This document shows, in pieces, positions 11,501 to 24,715 of a stretch of DNA of 64,000 nucleotides. The translations under genes and the position numbers were made by a program. Below the pieces are notes generated by a model. That model saw only the letters and a list, made by a program, of their open reading frames with translations, did not search any database and was not told where the DNA came from. Numbering within the stretch: the stretch's first letter is position 1; each line of letters begins with the position of its first letter. This DNA comes from Geosiphon pyriformis uo1. Taxonomy: Eukaryota > Fungi > Glomeromycota. The stretch is taken from positions 124,001 to 188,000 of the forward strand of contig JAAOMT010000480.1 in assembly GCA_016748015.1 (NCBI GenBank). The letters are read 5' to 3'.

Positions 11501-12448
11501 CATGAAACTATCTTATAATTTCTATCATTAATTAACATATATTATTGTTTCAAATTATCACTTATTACATTAGCAAAGAATATCCGAAATTATCATTTAA
11601 TTAATAACCCAAATTGTACACAACACAAATGTAACTTAATTGCGATGATCAATCATGCAATACCCCGAATTATGTAACATTCAAAAGTTCACCGAAATTT
11701 ATAGAAATTTGCTGAAATAATTGATAGTTCACCGAAATATCTAATAGTTCGCAGAAATAACTTGTAGTTCACCAAAATGTATCTTTAGTTCAGCAAAATT
11801 GTAGAAAATAGCAAAGTTCAAGTTCATAGAATAGTGTTACGACAAGTTGTATAAAAGAAGAGCTTCTCTCTTTGAGAAAATGTATCTTACTTTAGATTTA
11901 TCTCTTAAAACCATTCCTATACACACAAAAAGAAATAAATATCAAATAATTTGAAAAACCAAATTCTTTAATTATTGTACTTGGAAAATCCCCAAAACCC
12001 AACTAACGTTTTGAAATTGATTAGCTACCAATTTCAGTAAACTGTTAGTAACTCCAGGCCTGGATAGAAAACGTTTCTCTTGACAAAAATTCTATTTCTT
12101 TTACATTTCTTTTATTTTCTTTTATTTCTTATCATAATCATTAGGGTAACCTACAGACGAGATTCTTGTAGAAGAGTTGACTTTTACAGCAAAGTAACTA
12201 CACATTTTTAGTGAGCTTTCAGACAAGCAATTCCTGGAAAAGAGTTGACATTTACTACAACGTAACTACATAAAGCAACTGGCACGGAATTGGCCATTCC
12301 ACTCATAAACTCAGCAAGTTCAAATTATAGGAGATAATTTGAAGATAAATTCAGTTACTGAAGGTTCAACCACATCCAGAAAACATGAATTCACAGCAAA
12401 TAAGTATCAACAACATTACAGAAAAGAGACCAAAAACCTCCGGTAACA
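11469..12448 (+). repeat. G1 3' LTR
   Basis: Colinear 980-bp copy of 2311-3290, followed by TSD CCAG. Confidence 0.97.
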
Positions 12449-12452
12449 CCAG

Positions 12453-13976
12453 ATTCTGGACCACAATGGTTCTTGTTTTTCCTGGAACACCTTTTATCGA
12501 TGAAAGAGGCTGGACTCCAGAGGCCTGGTTTCTGCTTGGTTTACTACTCTGGTCAATTTTGTCAGTGCTGGTGGTTTGTCAGGTGGTGGGTTTGTGCCTT
12601 CTTGTCCCACTTTGGCTGGTGTTCCTTGTGACTTTAGTTATGTTTATAATCAATTGTTGGCTTCTGGTTTGGATCCTGTAACCATTTACATGGATGGATC
12701 TGTCAAATGTATGGGTTTGGTGGATGCTTGTGGAGATGTGGCTGCTTACTTTCCTGGGGTTGACATCAGCATTGGGGTCAGTGTTAATGGGTTGCTTTCT
12801 TCAACCTTGGTAGAGCTGCAAGTCATCACTCTAACGTTGGAATATGTGCCTGGTTCTAGTTTGATTGTGTTGTTTACAGACAGTCAAGCGTCATTTGACA
12901 TGTGCTGCTCTGGATCTGGTGGGTTTGGTCCTGATTTTTGGGATAAATGTTGGATTGAGAAGGAATATATTAGTCAAATTATTTTTAAAAAGGGTTTATC
13001 AGTTACTTGGAATAAGATCAAGGGCCATTCTGGTGATGTTGGAAATGAGTGTGCTGATTTCTACACCAATTTTGCTGTTACCTCTAGCTTTATTTTGACC
13101 CCTGTGGTGCCTTTTTGTTTTCTCAGAGTGGAAGAAAGGCCTGTTTCTGGAAATGCTTGCCGATTTGTTAAGGCTTTGTTCAATGCGATTAACTTTGTTG
13201 GTTAGGAAGCCAGATGTGTGGGTGTTTTTGTGAATGCAATTCCTTATGGTGGTTTTGACAGGGCTAGGACTTTTAGTGTTTGGCATTCTGATGGCAAAAT
13301 TGGTTCTGGCTTTACCAGCTCAACATCGGCTTCGCTCCACTCATATTTTATGAAAGCACTGCACTGTTGTTTGCTGGTGGCTGCCAGAAAAAGATTGTAT
13401 AATTCTAAGTATCCGAGCATTGCTTGCATCAGGTGTGGCTTGTTGAAAGATTCTGATCACACTTTCTCTTGCCTTTTTGATAACAATGCTAAAAAAAAGT
13501 TGCTGTCTGCTACTGCTCTTGATTGGGCTGACTTATTAGGTGTTTGTGCTGATAATAGTGTGGTTTTTTGTTCTTTGGGAATGGCAGCTGTGTTTACTGA
13601 GCTGTATATGGCACTAGCTAAGGGTTTTGTGTTGAAATCTTGGGTAGATAATGTGTGTCACTGGTTGGGTGCTGATTTTGATGATGGTGCGTTTGTTGTC
13701 AGGTTTGTCTGACACTTCGCTGAGAATCACTGTTCTTCTATATGGTTGTCTGCTGCTAAGTTAAGGGCGTATTATGAAAAACATAATCTTTTGCCATGTA
13801 ATGGTTCTTTGATTCTTTCAGTCTCAGGTCTGTCTTCCTTGTAGTCATCTGATGTTATCTGCAGTTTCAGTGTTAAATTAGGCATACATATTAGTTTTGA
13901 GCTGTATCCATGTTTGTCAAGTTTAGATTTTGGTTTCCTGAATGGTGTTTCTGTTGTAGGCTGTGTAAGTGTATAG
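12453..13976 (+). pseudogene. LINE ORF2, RNase H and C-terminal CCHC zinc finger part
   Basis: IYMDGS, STLVEL, FTDSQA, KIKGHSGDVGNECAD (RNase H); CIRCGLLKDSDHTFSC. Frame ends at TAG 13974-13976. Confidence 0.9.
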
Positions 13977-14113
13977 TATTGTTTTGATTAACCCGAGTGG
14001 CTGGTCACATGTAGAAAATGCATGAGCCATGCTTAATTTAGATCCATGTTTGATTTATGTACTTAGGTAGTGGTTGGTCTGTACTTGTAAAATAAAAAAA
14101 AATAAAAAAAAAA

Positions 14114-14616
14114 TATTATTTATTTTCATTTTATCAATATTCTATGTTAATAGAATTTAAACTTAACCATATTGGACTAATAGTTTTTAATCATGGCTAT
14201 TAACAGAATATTAATTTCTTATTGTCTTTTTATTTTTTTTTATTTTTTTTTATTTTTATTTTTTTTTGTTTTGTTTTGTTGTTTATTAACTGATTAAAAA
14301 AATTAAAGTACTGAGTATTTTAACATTAAGGATAGCCTGGTAAAAAACTCAGGAATAAGAGTAAAAATTTAAGAATAGCTTACTAGAAAAACATAACTAC
14401 TAAAATAAACTGGCCATCATACTGGAAAAAAAATTCATGAAATAAACTTCCAAGAAGATACTGAAATAATTATTGAATCTTTGTCTATTATATAAAAGAC
14501 TCAACCAAAACCTTCAAATTACAAAATTTTTTAGATATTATTAATATTATTAAGTTATTAAGCACCAAGTTACAGATTGTTATTTGTATCAACACCCTAA
14601 ATAATTATTTGTAATA
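14114..14616 (+). repeat. 3' part of family-A 5' LTR
   Basis: Aligns with the 3' half of 23809-24715; ends GTAATA (from GTAACA) before the PBS. Confidence 0.85.
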
Positions 14617-14680
14617 TTTAGTGCTCTCTATAAGATATAATTCAACAAAAAACCAGCACTAATATCAACTATCTAAAAAA

Positions 14681-17600
14681 ATGGCAGACCAAGAAATCAT
14701 AGGAGAAAATCATTTAAGATTCACAAAATCCTTATTCTAACATTATTAAAATCACCTAAAATTAACAAATAACAATTAGCCAGCAGAATTAGTCTTTAAT
14801 TATTATGTCAACAAAAAAATCAAATTCTACTTGGAAGACCAAGTAAATTCAGGAGCCATTCTTAACAATTTTTATAGTAAACTATTTCAAAATATTATAC
14901 TTCCACAAAATTATCTGTTTGTACCAATAATTACAAAAATAAACAAAGAAATTAAAAATTACATGCAACAGAAATTTTTTATTACTTTTACAGACAAAAA
15001 AAAATTACAAACACCAACAAAAATTCCAAAGCAAATACAACCACCTACTTAGAAGAAACCAAGAGTTATTTTACCTATTTATCTATTATATTATTATACA
15101 TCATAAAGTACTATTTACATATTATTAAGATCCATATTACTATTAATTATGAAAATACTATTACTTAGAATACTGTTTCAAAACAATCAAAAAAAAGCCA
15201 AATTACTAGAAATTTATGATAATTTTTTTGAAAAATTTAAATCATAACCAACAATCTCATTAGGATTTCGATTACTACCACTCCAACCAGATTTTAGAGT
15301 CACTAATTCTTGGGAAAAAACCAACTTAAAAGAAAAAGAAAACAATGATCAAAAAATTCATAATTAAAACCCAATTTTAAAAAACTTAGAAATTCAAACT
15401 CCAATTGTTTTAACCCAGCAAAACTCAAACAATCCAAATCCAGCTTCTATTATCTTACAAAACTTATCTCTGGTAAATTTAATCAATCAACTACTAATTG
15501 TACCAATCACATTACCACAACAATTTCAATAATAACCACAATAACAACAAATAGCACCAATAGTATATACATCTATTATTAAACTCAAGAAATTTACTAG
15601 TAAAAAAAACAACACCCAAACATAATTAAATGACATTGCAAAGACAATTATAACCAATAATTAAACAATGCTAAAGTTTTTCAAGCTATTTTTTTACTTT
15701 TTACAGAATATTATTAATTCGTGATATCAGAACCTTGTTAACAAACCACAAATCTTTGATATATTTAAAACCACATTTCTATAATACTTTAGCAATTACA
15801 ACAGTATCAATAAGTTATTAACTAGTTTTACTATACTTAAACAAGATGAAACTAAAGCAATTACTACTTACTTGGAATGCTTCTATAGAAATCTGTGCTA
15901 AATTCAGACAATTCAAGCTGATTATTTTACTGAGACACAAATCTTAAACCAGTTTATCTGTAAATTATGCAGTAGCTTGTTACAATAATTATGTTCAATG
16001 CATCTAAATACACTCCAAAATACAGTTTTACACACCAGAGATTTTGAATTAATTAAACTCAAAACTAATTATGTCCAAGCTGTTAACTTAATAATGAATA
16101 AATTATTTGAATTAAATACTAAATTAAAGCAATTTGGCAAAAACATTAATCAAAAAATCAAGAAATACTTAGCTAATAATTAAACAATCTATTAACTTTT
16201 TCAATATCATAACAATACAAAAAACTCCAATTGTTTTCAGAATTAATCACATTCATTATTCATCAATCAACCAATTATAGCAACAAGAGACATGTATTTG
16301 CTACTATTGTGATAAATAAAAACATTTAAAACTAAACTGTCAATTAAGGTTAAATAATTAATAATTAGGAAATCAATATTAAAATTCTAATTACCAGTTT
16401 CAAACTCCAAATTACACTTAAAATCAAGAATTATATTAATCTTATTACATACTAATACTGCAACAACCAATATATTTACCTCCAGTATATCAAGTTTTAG
16501 CACCAGTTATCTATCAATCACAACTACAAACTATCTATTAGTTATAGTTACAAATTATCTATCAAGCACTACTAATTTCAGTATTATTACAAAATCTAAG
16601 TTAAATAACAATTGGCAACCAAAGGCCAAGAACAATATACATACAATAAAATTGGAGATTAGTAATAGTTATGTATTAACCAATTTTCAGCTTATTAAAT
16701 TAGTTAGCAGGATCATGTCCAAAAAATTTGAAAAGTGGGTACACCTAAAATCTAAATTCCCAGAACTATTTAAGTCTCTTAATTATTCTAAAAACCAGCT
16801 TATCTAATAACTTGAAAAGCCCAAAAACACCACTTATTAACAACATTCTATTAGTAACTATTACTAAAAACAAATTACTTACAGCCATCTTTCTATTCAA
16901 AATAAAAAAATTAACAATGTCACTTTTATTTAGTAGAGCTATTCTCAATGCTAAACTTATTATAGTCATATATACAGACACCAAAATCAATGATTATTCT
17001 ATCAAATTAATACTTGATAGTAGTTTAGTAGACAGTATCATTATATAATAATTTATAAATCAAGATTACTGAGTTGATTACACTACCAGCACCAGAATTA
17101 TTACTGCTAATAGAATGATAAAAATGTTTATTGATGAGATTAATAACTTTTTGTTCAAAGTCAACAGTATCATGGCATTAATCAAGGTATTGGTAATAGA
17201 AGTCATGCAGTATCAAGTGCTAGTTGATAATAACTGGCTGTCTAAAACCAATACTGTGTTTAATTAGAATACTCAAAAACTACAGCTTAGTTAAGATAAT
17301 TTGCAAACTTGAGTATCTGTTATTTATAGCCACTTTAAAACAAATATTTTTATACAAGCACTATCACTAATTGAATTAAAAAAAGAAGAGAAAAAACCTA
17401 CCTAAAAAGCATATTAAGTATCATGGACCAAAAAAAAACACAATATATTATTATCTGTACTTACTTGAAAAGAAAAAAAAAAAAAAAAAAAAAACAACTT
17501 CAGACTACTATATTTACTTATATTTTGTATATTATTACATCTCAAAAACAGACAAATTATTATTAATTCAAGCTAATATATTTTAATTATAACAAAAAAT

Positions 17601-20600
17601 TGTCAAAAATAGGCATTTGTTGTAGAAATGATAAAAAATTATCAACAACAACCAAGTACTATTGTCACTTATATGTTTTTGAATGTTTTGAATAATTCAA
17701 ATAATAGAAAAAATAAGACAATGAGTTTTGTTTCATGTATAAAACAATTCTGTCTGACAAAAGAATGTGAAACAACATTCCTGAGTGAAAAAAAACATAT
17801 AATAAATTGTGTTAATATACAATTCTAATTAATAACTGGATATAAAAAGAGACTCTAATTAGTGTCATCTAAAAACAAGTGTTAAGACAATTAAAAAGTT
17901 ATCCACACAATAAACATGAAATTTAAAGAATAACAAGTGTCAAAACTGAAAGTGCTTTATCTAGTAAAATACTAAAAATCAAAAATAATTCACTAATCTT
18001 TCTTGAATCTAAATTTGTCTTAATTTTCAATTTTGTCAATAATATTATGAACAATTTTGAACAATTCCATGAATATTACCAAAACCTAGCATTAATTTAT
18101 AAAGAACAAGTGCAAAAACTGGAACAACTAAACACAAAGTTATATAAACATTGCCTAATTTTTAATAACTTCAAATACTATAACAATTGTGATTTTATTT
18201 ACAATCTACTACCACACATAATCTATTTGATTTCTGAAAAAAAAACCAATTAGTGAATGTACATTGAAATCAAAATCAAAAATCAATTGCAATTCAGACT
18301 CTGACAATAATAACAACAATAATTTTAATTTTATTTACTATGACAATGACAATAATGATTCAAACTCTAATCACAACTTTAAACAATATATTATGCTTCC
18401 AGATCTGTTAATAGAGCAGAAATTAAAATAGTTTAGTAATAATAATGAAGGTATTATGCCAAAATGCATACATGATACTAATGTAGAATTTGATTTTAAA
18501 TATTTAAAAAAAACTACCATCTGATTGGAACTCTATTTATGTATCAGTATAAATTTGAAAATAGTACTAGAAATTCTAACAACAATAATAATTTAACTAG
18601 TCTTTAAATCTAGTTTAATGAAAAAAAAATTAATATTAAAAGAAGAATAATTAATACAGAATATATAAAAAATATTATTACAATATTACAAAATAATATA
18701 AAAAAAGAATATGTAATTGAACTAAATAAAAAAATAACACAGACAATATTTTTATTTCTGGTTAAAATAGCTCAGTTAGTATTAGTAAAAAACAAAAAAG
18801 AGTTAGGAATTACAATAAAAAGGATAAAAAAATTTGAATTAATGGGTAGAATAGATATACTAATTAATATGACAGAAAAAAAACAATTAATAAAAAAAAA
18901 TTATTTTTATCCATTAATTAATTTCCATTCTACTATATAATCAGTATATAATAATGATAGAAAAAAAAGTGAAGGATCAACCACAAATTTTTGAACCAGA
19001 AATAAACATTTGTGAATCAGAAGAAATTGCCATTACCAATTTTTATATACTAGTCAAAAACAATAAACATATTAAGATTTCAATATACAACACAATTGGG
19101 GATTCCATAAAAATACCAAGTGAAATTACCATCAGATATTTAAACATTAAAGTTGAAAATTAAGCACTTAACCCCATTTTAGACTTTTCACAGCTTTGTA
19201 AATATGTGGATATCATATCACAAACAATATACAGATAAAAAAAATGTTATTTGCTCTAACCAGAATTATTGAAACAAATAAACTTGGAAAATCTAGACCC
19301 ATTTCAACAGATATAGCTTAAAATATTACTCAACAATTTTATTGATATCTTTGCTAATGAAAATAAATTTGGCAGAACTGATATTATCTAGCATTAGATC
19401 AAAACTGGAGATACAATGCCAATTAAACAAAAAACATACAGAGTACTACTAGCTAGCCATAAAATCATTTAACAGAAAATCAACAGAATGTTAAACAATA
19501 AGTTAATTTAATTATTAATGAATCTATAATCATTATTAGTAATATTAATCCATAAAAAAAATGAAAAAATTCACTTTTGTGTGGATTACAGAAAACTCAA
19601 TAGTATTACTCATAAAAACAGATATTTAATTCTATAGATCTAGAAGTTATTTGATGTTTTTAAAGGAAAAAAATGGTTTTTCATATTAAATTTAGACAGT
19701 AAGTATTAGCAAGTAGCCATAAAACCAAAAGATAAAGAGAAGACCACATTTACAATTAGAAAAAAAAACTTTGAATTTAATATTATGCCTTTTGGCTTAA
19801 CAAACACTCTAACTATCTTTCAATAGTTAATAGAAATTGTTTACACAGAACTACTATGAAAATCAATAGTAGTTTACTTAAATAATATCAATGTCTTCTT
19901 AAAAATATTTAATAATTATCTTTATTATCTTTAGCAAATGTTTAAAAGATTAAGATAAGCAGAACTAAAACTAAATACAACCAAGTGCTTTTTTGGAAAA
20001 ACTGAACTCAAGTTTTTGGAACATGTTATAAACAAAGACAACATCAAAATAGATTCAGATAAAATTAAAATAGTTAAGTATTTTCTAATACCAACTAACT
20101 TGACAGAACTAAGAGCATTCTTGAAATTTGTGGAATATTATTGTTGTTTTATTTAGAACTTCTCTAAATTGGTTTAATTACTTTACCAGCTCTAAGCAAA
20201 AAATATTAAATATAAATGGATGAAAACTTAACAAAAAACTTTTGACATCTTAAAAAAAAAGCTTATTTAAGCTTTAGTATTAATTTATTCAAATTATTAC
20301 AAATCATTCATCATTATTACAGATGTATCAGATCAAGCATTAAAAGTCATATTGTCTCATAAAAAATCAGATAGATGAAAACATCCAGTAGTATATGTTA
20401 GCAGAAATTTAAGTTTAACTGAAAAAAACTATGAAACTTTAGCACTAAAACACTTGGCTATTTATTGGGCTGTCATCAAATGAAAAAAATACTTGAGCCA
20501 AAAATTTGATGTGTACACTAATTATAAAGAATTGGCATCAATTCAAAAGCAAAAATTTAAAAATAATTGTCATATAAGATGAAAAATAAAACTATTACTA

Positions 20601-20678
20601 TTTAATTATACTATACATTATAAAAAAGGAAAAAAAAATAAAAATGCCAATGGTTTGTTACAAATGAAACAAATTTAA
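14681..20678 (+). pseudogene. A/B Gag-PR-Cys-rich-dUTPase-RT-RH, heavily mutated
   Basis: LILDS at ~17005; dUTPase remnant ~18420-18850; FCVDYRKLN at ~19575; RH remnant ending NGLLQMKQI-TAA. Confidence 0.85.
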
Positions 20679-20708
20679 GAATATTTCAACTCAAAAATAT
20701 CACAAAAG

Positions 20709-22073
20709 ATAAACACACAAAAATATTAACAACTCCAATATTATATTAATACTTAATAGTTCAAGAAAAAATTATTTTAAAAAAAAACAACATAAAACAA
20801 CAAGCAAAATATTTTATTACTTACCAAGATATATTATACTGGAAAAACAGAAAATATTCAAGTCAGCCATTCAAAGTGATTACAAAACCAAAGAAAAAAA
20901 TAATACTATTTAATATCTATTCAAATTTAATAACAGAACATTTTTATAAAGAAGCAATCATAAAAAAAACCAGAAAAAGATACTATTAGTTATTTATATA
21001 TTTAGATATTATTTAATATGTTCAAAATTGTAATGCTTATCAGAAAAAAGAAGGAACAAGACCCAGTAAACTGCTAAAATCAATTAAAATAAGACAACCA
21101 TTTAATCAAATTGAAATTGATTTAGTCAGACTATTAACTATTACCAATAAAACTAATTAATACATAGTAATAGCCATGAACTATCTCACAAAATAGCCAG
21201 AAGCAAAAACAATTCAAAGAGCAAATGTAGAATTTATAACTGAATTTGTTTACCAAAATTTAATTTGTTGACATAAATGTCCAAAAAAATTATTATCAGA
21301 TCAAAAAACTTACTTTGTGAATAGAATATTAACAGAATTAAGCCAAAAATTTGAAATTAAAAGACTATTATTATTACCATATTATTTATAAACCAATGGT
21401 TTAGTCGAAAGATTTAATAGAACATTATGTAATGTAATTACCAAAATTAGCCAAAAAAACCAGGACAAATAAGATTTGTTTATACTATTAGTAATATTTG
21501 CTTATTGGACAATAAAGCAAAATACCACATAAGCAACACTATTTAAACTTGTTTATAATAGAACAGCAATATTATCAGTTAAAATAAATATCAATATATA
21601 TCTAATAAAACCAATAACAGAAGCCAACTTTCAAAAAATATTGCTAAAAAGAACATATAACTTAATAAAAACATTAAAAAACAAAAAGTGATAATATCTA
21701 AAAGTCATAAAAAAAACAGAAAAAACAATATAATAATTAATTATTAGATAAACTAATCGAATTTAAGATTGAAGACAAAGTATTCTTACATCATACCAAA
21801 GGAGAAAAACAATAGAATAAACCATTTTATATTGAAGAAATTCTAAGAAATAGAGCTTATAAATTAAGATGAAACAACAAAATCTTGACCAAAGCAGTAT
21901 ATAGTAATTGACTAAAACCATACCACAATATAGTATTATTATTAACCAATAATATTTCACAACTGGGAGTACAATAAATACTAGTCCAATCAGATAAGAT
22001 TCCACAAAATTTAGAATCAATCATAATTATCAATACAAACATGTTAAATCAATCTACAAAATAGTATATAAAG
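20709..22073 (+). pseudogene. A/B integrase remnant
   Basis: (M)NTQKY start with ATG mutated to ATA; EIDLV, LLSDQ, NGLVERFNRTL. Confidence 0.82.
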
Positions 22074-22099
22074 ACATAATAAATATAACAATAGCAATA

Positions 22100-22747
22100 A
22101 TAAAAAATAGAAATCCCAAACCACATTTATACAATAGCTTAACAATTATTCCAAACCATAAATCAACAACAATTAAACATAGAAATTGTTATTAATCACT
22201 AAACAATCTGCTATCAAAACACAAAAAGAGAAAAAAAAGCAGAAACAATCCCATATTAGTAACTACAGAACCAAACAAAATATTGGTCAGATAAAATCAT
22301 AGAAGAAGTAAAAAATACTTTTGGAAAAATACCAAAAATAATTTCAACAAAGGAATTAATCAAAGAAAACTGGAAGCTAAAAATAAAACAACTTCCAGTA
22401 ATATACTATTATTATCAACTAAAACAAAAACTGAATATCCAAGAATTATATATTGATAAATTCAAACAAATATTTAATTAAGAAATAGTACAACAGATTG
22501 AAGAGTTTATTAAAAAAAAACAAATTCAAAAATATATATCAAAACAATTTATTAATTACACATCATATTTCAAAACTATCTAAAAATATTATTATACCAA
22601 GAAATAAAAACAATAATTGTTAATTAGTAAGGAAAAATAAACAACTTTTAATATAAAGAAATAAAAAACAAGATTGAACAAACAATATTAGAAAAAGAAA
22701 TAATAAATTTAATTTAAAGTGAAAATTTTGATGAAGCTTAATATTAA
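22100..22747 (+). pseudogene. ORF3 homologue (family B type)
   Basis: Aligns with 61262-61897 (FKQIFN..IVQQIEEFI..IKTIY.LHIIFQNY). Boundaries approximate. Confidence 0.65.
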
Positions 22748-22761
22748 AAAGAAGCAGATAA

Positions 22762-23778
22762 TATTACTCATAGAAAAATACAAAAAAAGAAAGCTAGAAA
22801 AACAGATAGAAAAATAAACTAATAAGAAAATAGTACTTAACACATGAACACAATATTAAAAAATATAACATATTGCTTAGTAATATGCATATTGCTAACA
22901 AATTATGGTATACTACTCAGCAATGTAAGCAATATTAGTAAATTATGACACACTGCTTAGCAATGTAAGCAATATCAGTAAATTAGAGCATATTGCTTAG
23001 GAAAATATAAGATCTTGTAAAACAAAGAAATATGTATATATAGTAAAAGTATTAAAAGCAGAAAAAACAGAATTAATATCAAAATCTATCTAAAAATTGA
23101 TACCAAAATCCATATAAAAATTGATACTAGAATATAGTTTAGAATAAAATATCTTAACTCATTAATTATCTTATACCTCTTCTTTTAAAAAGATAGTTTT
23201 CTATAACTTGAAATAGAATTAAATCACATATTAATAAAATATCAATTACTACTTAAATCTATATTATTATTATTTGATTAAGGAATACTAAAATCACTTC
23301 CACTTTATTAACACTTTATGTTAATAGAATCTAATACTTGATTATATTAAACCAATAGTTCTTAATTATGGCTATTAATAAGATATTAATTTTTTTTATT
23401 TTTTTTTATTTTTTTTATTTTGTTTCTTTGCTGTTTTACTAAATTGATTAAAAAAATTAAGTATTGAGTATTTTGACATCAAGAATAGTCTGGTAAAAGA
23501 CCCAGAAATAAGAATAAAGAACTCGGAAATTAAGAATAGCTTACCAAAAGAATACAACTGCCAGAATAAACCAGCCACCATGCTGAAAAAAATTTGATGA
23601 AATAACCATTTCAAAAAGCTACCAAAACCATTATTAAATCTTTGTCTATTATACAAAAAACTTTACCAAAACCTTTAAATCATGAAAACTTTCAAAAATT
23701 ACCAATACTATTCAGCTATTAAACACCAAATTATGAGTTTGTTATTTGTTTCTATACTCCAAAAAATTACCTGTAACA
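22762..23778 (+). repeat. Family-B 3' LTR
   Basis: Follows a PPT; TATTACT...GTAACA; U3 resembles 60405-61247. Confidence 0.85.
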
Positions 23779-23808
23779 ATAGAGCTTAATATTAAAAGAA
23801 AGAAATAA

Positions 23809-24715
23809 TGTTATTTATAGAAATTTAGAAATTTTTAATAAGAATATAAAATAGTCAATTAGAAATAGGCATAATAAAAGAGAAATTTTAGAATTTCTCT
23901 CAAAAAATTGCAGAATTCCAGAAATTTCAAAATTCCTTTTAAGAAATTACAAGATTCCAGAAATTTCAGAATTCTTGGCTAAAGAAATTAAAAGAATTCA
24001 AGAAATCTTGTATAACATTAATTATATATATATAGTAAAAATATTAAAAGCAGAAAAAACAGAATTCAGTTCAGAATTAATACCAACAATTCATTAATTA
24101 TTTTATACTTCTCTTTTCAAAAAGTAGTTTTCTACAACTTAAAGTGGAATCAAATTATATATTAATAAAATATCAATTATTACCTAAATTCATGTTATCA
24201 TTACTTGATTAAACAATATTAATCACTTTTATTTTATTAACATCTTATATTGATAGAATTCAATACTTAATCATATTAAAACAATAATTCTTGATTATAA
24301 CTATTGACAGAATACTAATTTTTTATTGTTTTTTTATTTATTTTTATTTTATTTATTTTTATTTTGTCTTATTTTGTTGTTTACTAATTGATTAAAAGGA
24401 TTAAAGTGTTAAGTATTTTGATGTTAAGAATAGTCTGATAAAAGACCTAAAAATAATAGTAGAAATTTAAGAATAGCTTATTAGAAAAGCATAACTATTA
24501 GAATAAACTAGCTAATATGCTGAAAAAAAAATTCATAGAATAAACTTCTAAAAGAGTACTAAAACAATCATTAAATCTTTGTCTATTATACAAAGAACTT
24601 AATCAAAACCTTCAAATTATAAAAATTTTTAAATATTATCAATATCATTAAGCTATTGAACACTAAATTATGAATTTGTTATTTGTACCAACACCCCAAA
24701 TAATTATTTATAACA
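23809..24715 (+). repeat. Family-A 3' LTR
   Basis: Own PPT at ~23794-23805; TGTTA...TAACA; matches 14114-14616. Confidence 0.85.

Larger units (their letters stand above)
2311..12448 (+). mobile_element. Ty3/Gypsy LTR retrotransposon G1 with dUTPase; full length, inactivated by point mutations
   Basis: Two 980-bp LTRs TGTTA...TAACA, TSD CCAG (2307-2310 and 12449-12452), PBS, PPT, domain order PR-RT-RH-IN. Confidence 0.97.
1..14113 (+). mobile_element. Non-LTR retrotransposon (LINE), 5' end outside the window, interrupted by Gypsy G1 at 2311-12448
   Basis: RT, RNase H and C-terminal CCHC finger in one reading frame. Short 3' UTR, then A-rich tail at ~14089-14113. Removing G1 plus one CCAG restores ...GIVFVNQ|ILDHNG... 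in frame. Confidence 0.93.
14114..24715 (+). mobile_element. Degenerate Gypsy element A/B (chimeric, dUTPase-bearing); 5' LTR interrupted by the LINE
   Basis: 5' LTR remnant, mutated PBS TAGTGCTCTC (~14619), gag-pol, integrase, ORF3, then two different 3' LTRs each with a PPT. Confidence 0.85.

Noticed and set aside
12385-12681. 98-aa hydrophobic ORF
   Set aside because: Spans the LTR/LINE junction in an alternative frame of the GT-rich LINE.
13998-14030. Hammerhead ribozyme in the LINE 3' UTR
   Set aside because: No CUGANGA core, and GAAA sits in a hairpin loop.
17473-17494. Poly(A) run as a retroposed tail
   Set aside because: Lies in a Lys/Glu/Gly-rich Pol linker, with a homologous run at ~49527; better explained by G>A saturation.
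23916-23967. Heat-shock elements TTCnnGAAnnTTC in the A LTR
   Set aside because: The related E LTR has GGA at these positions, so the GAA units may be G>A products.
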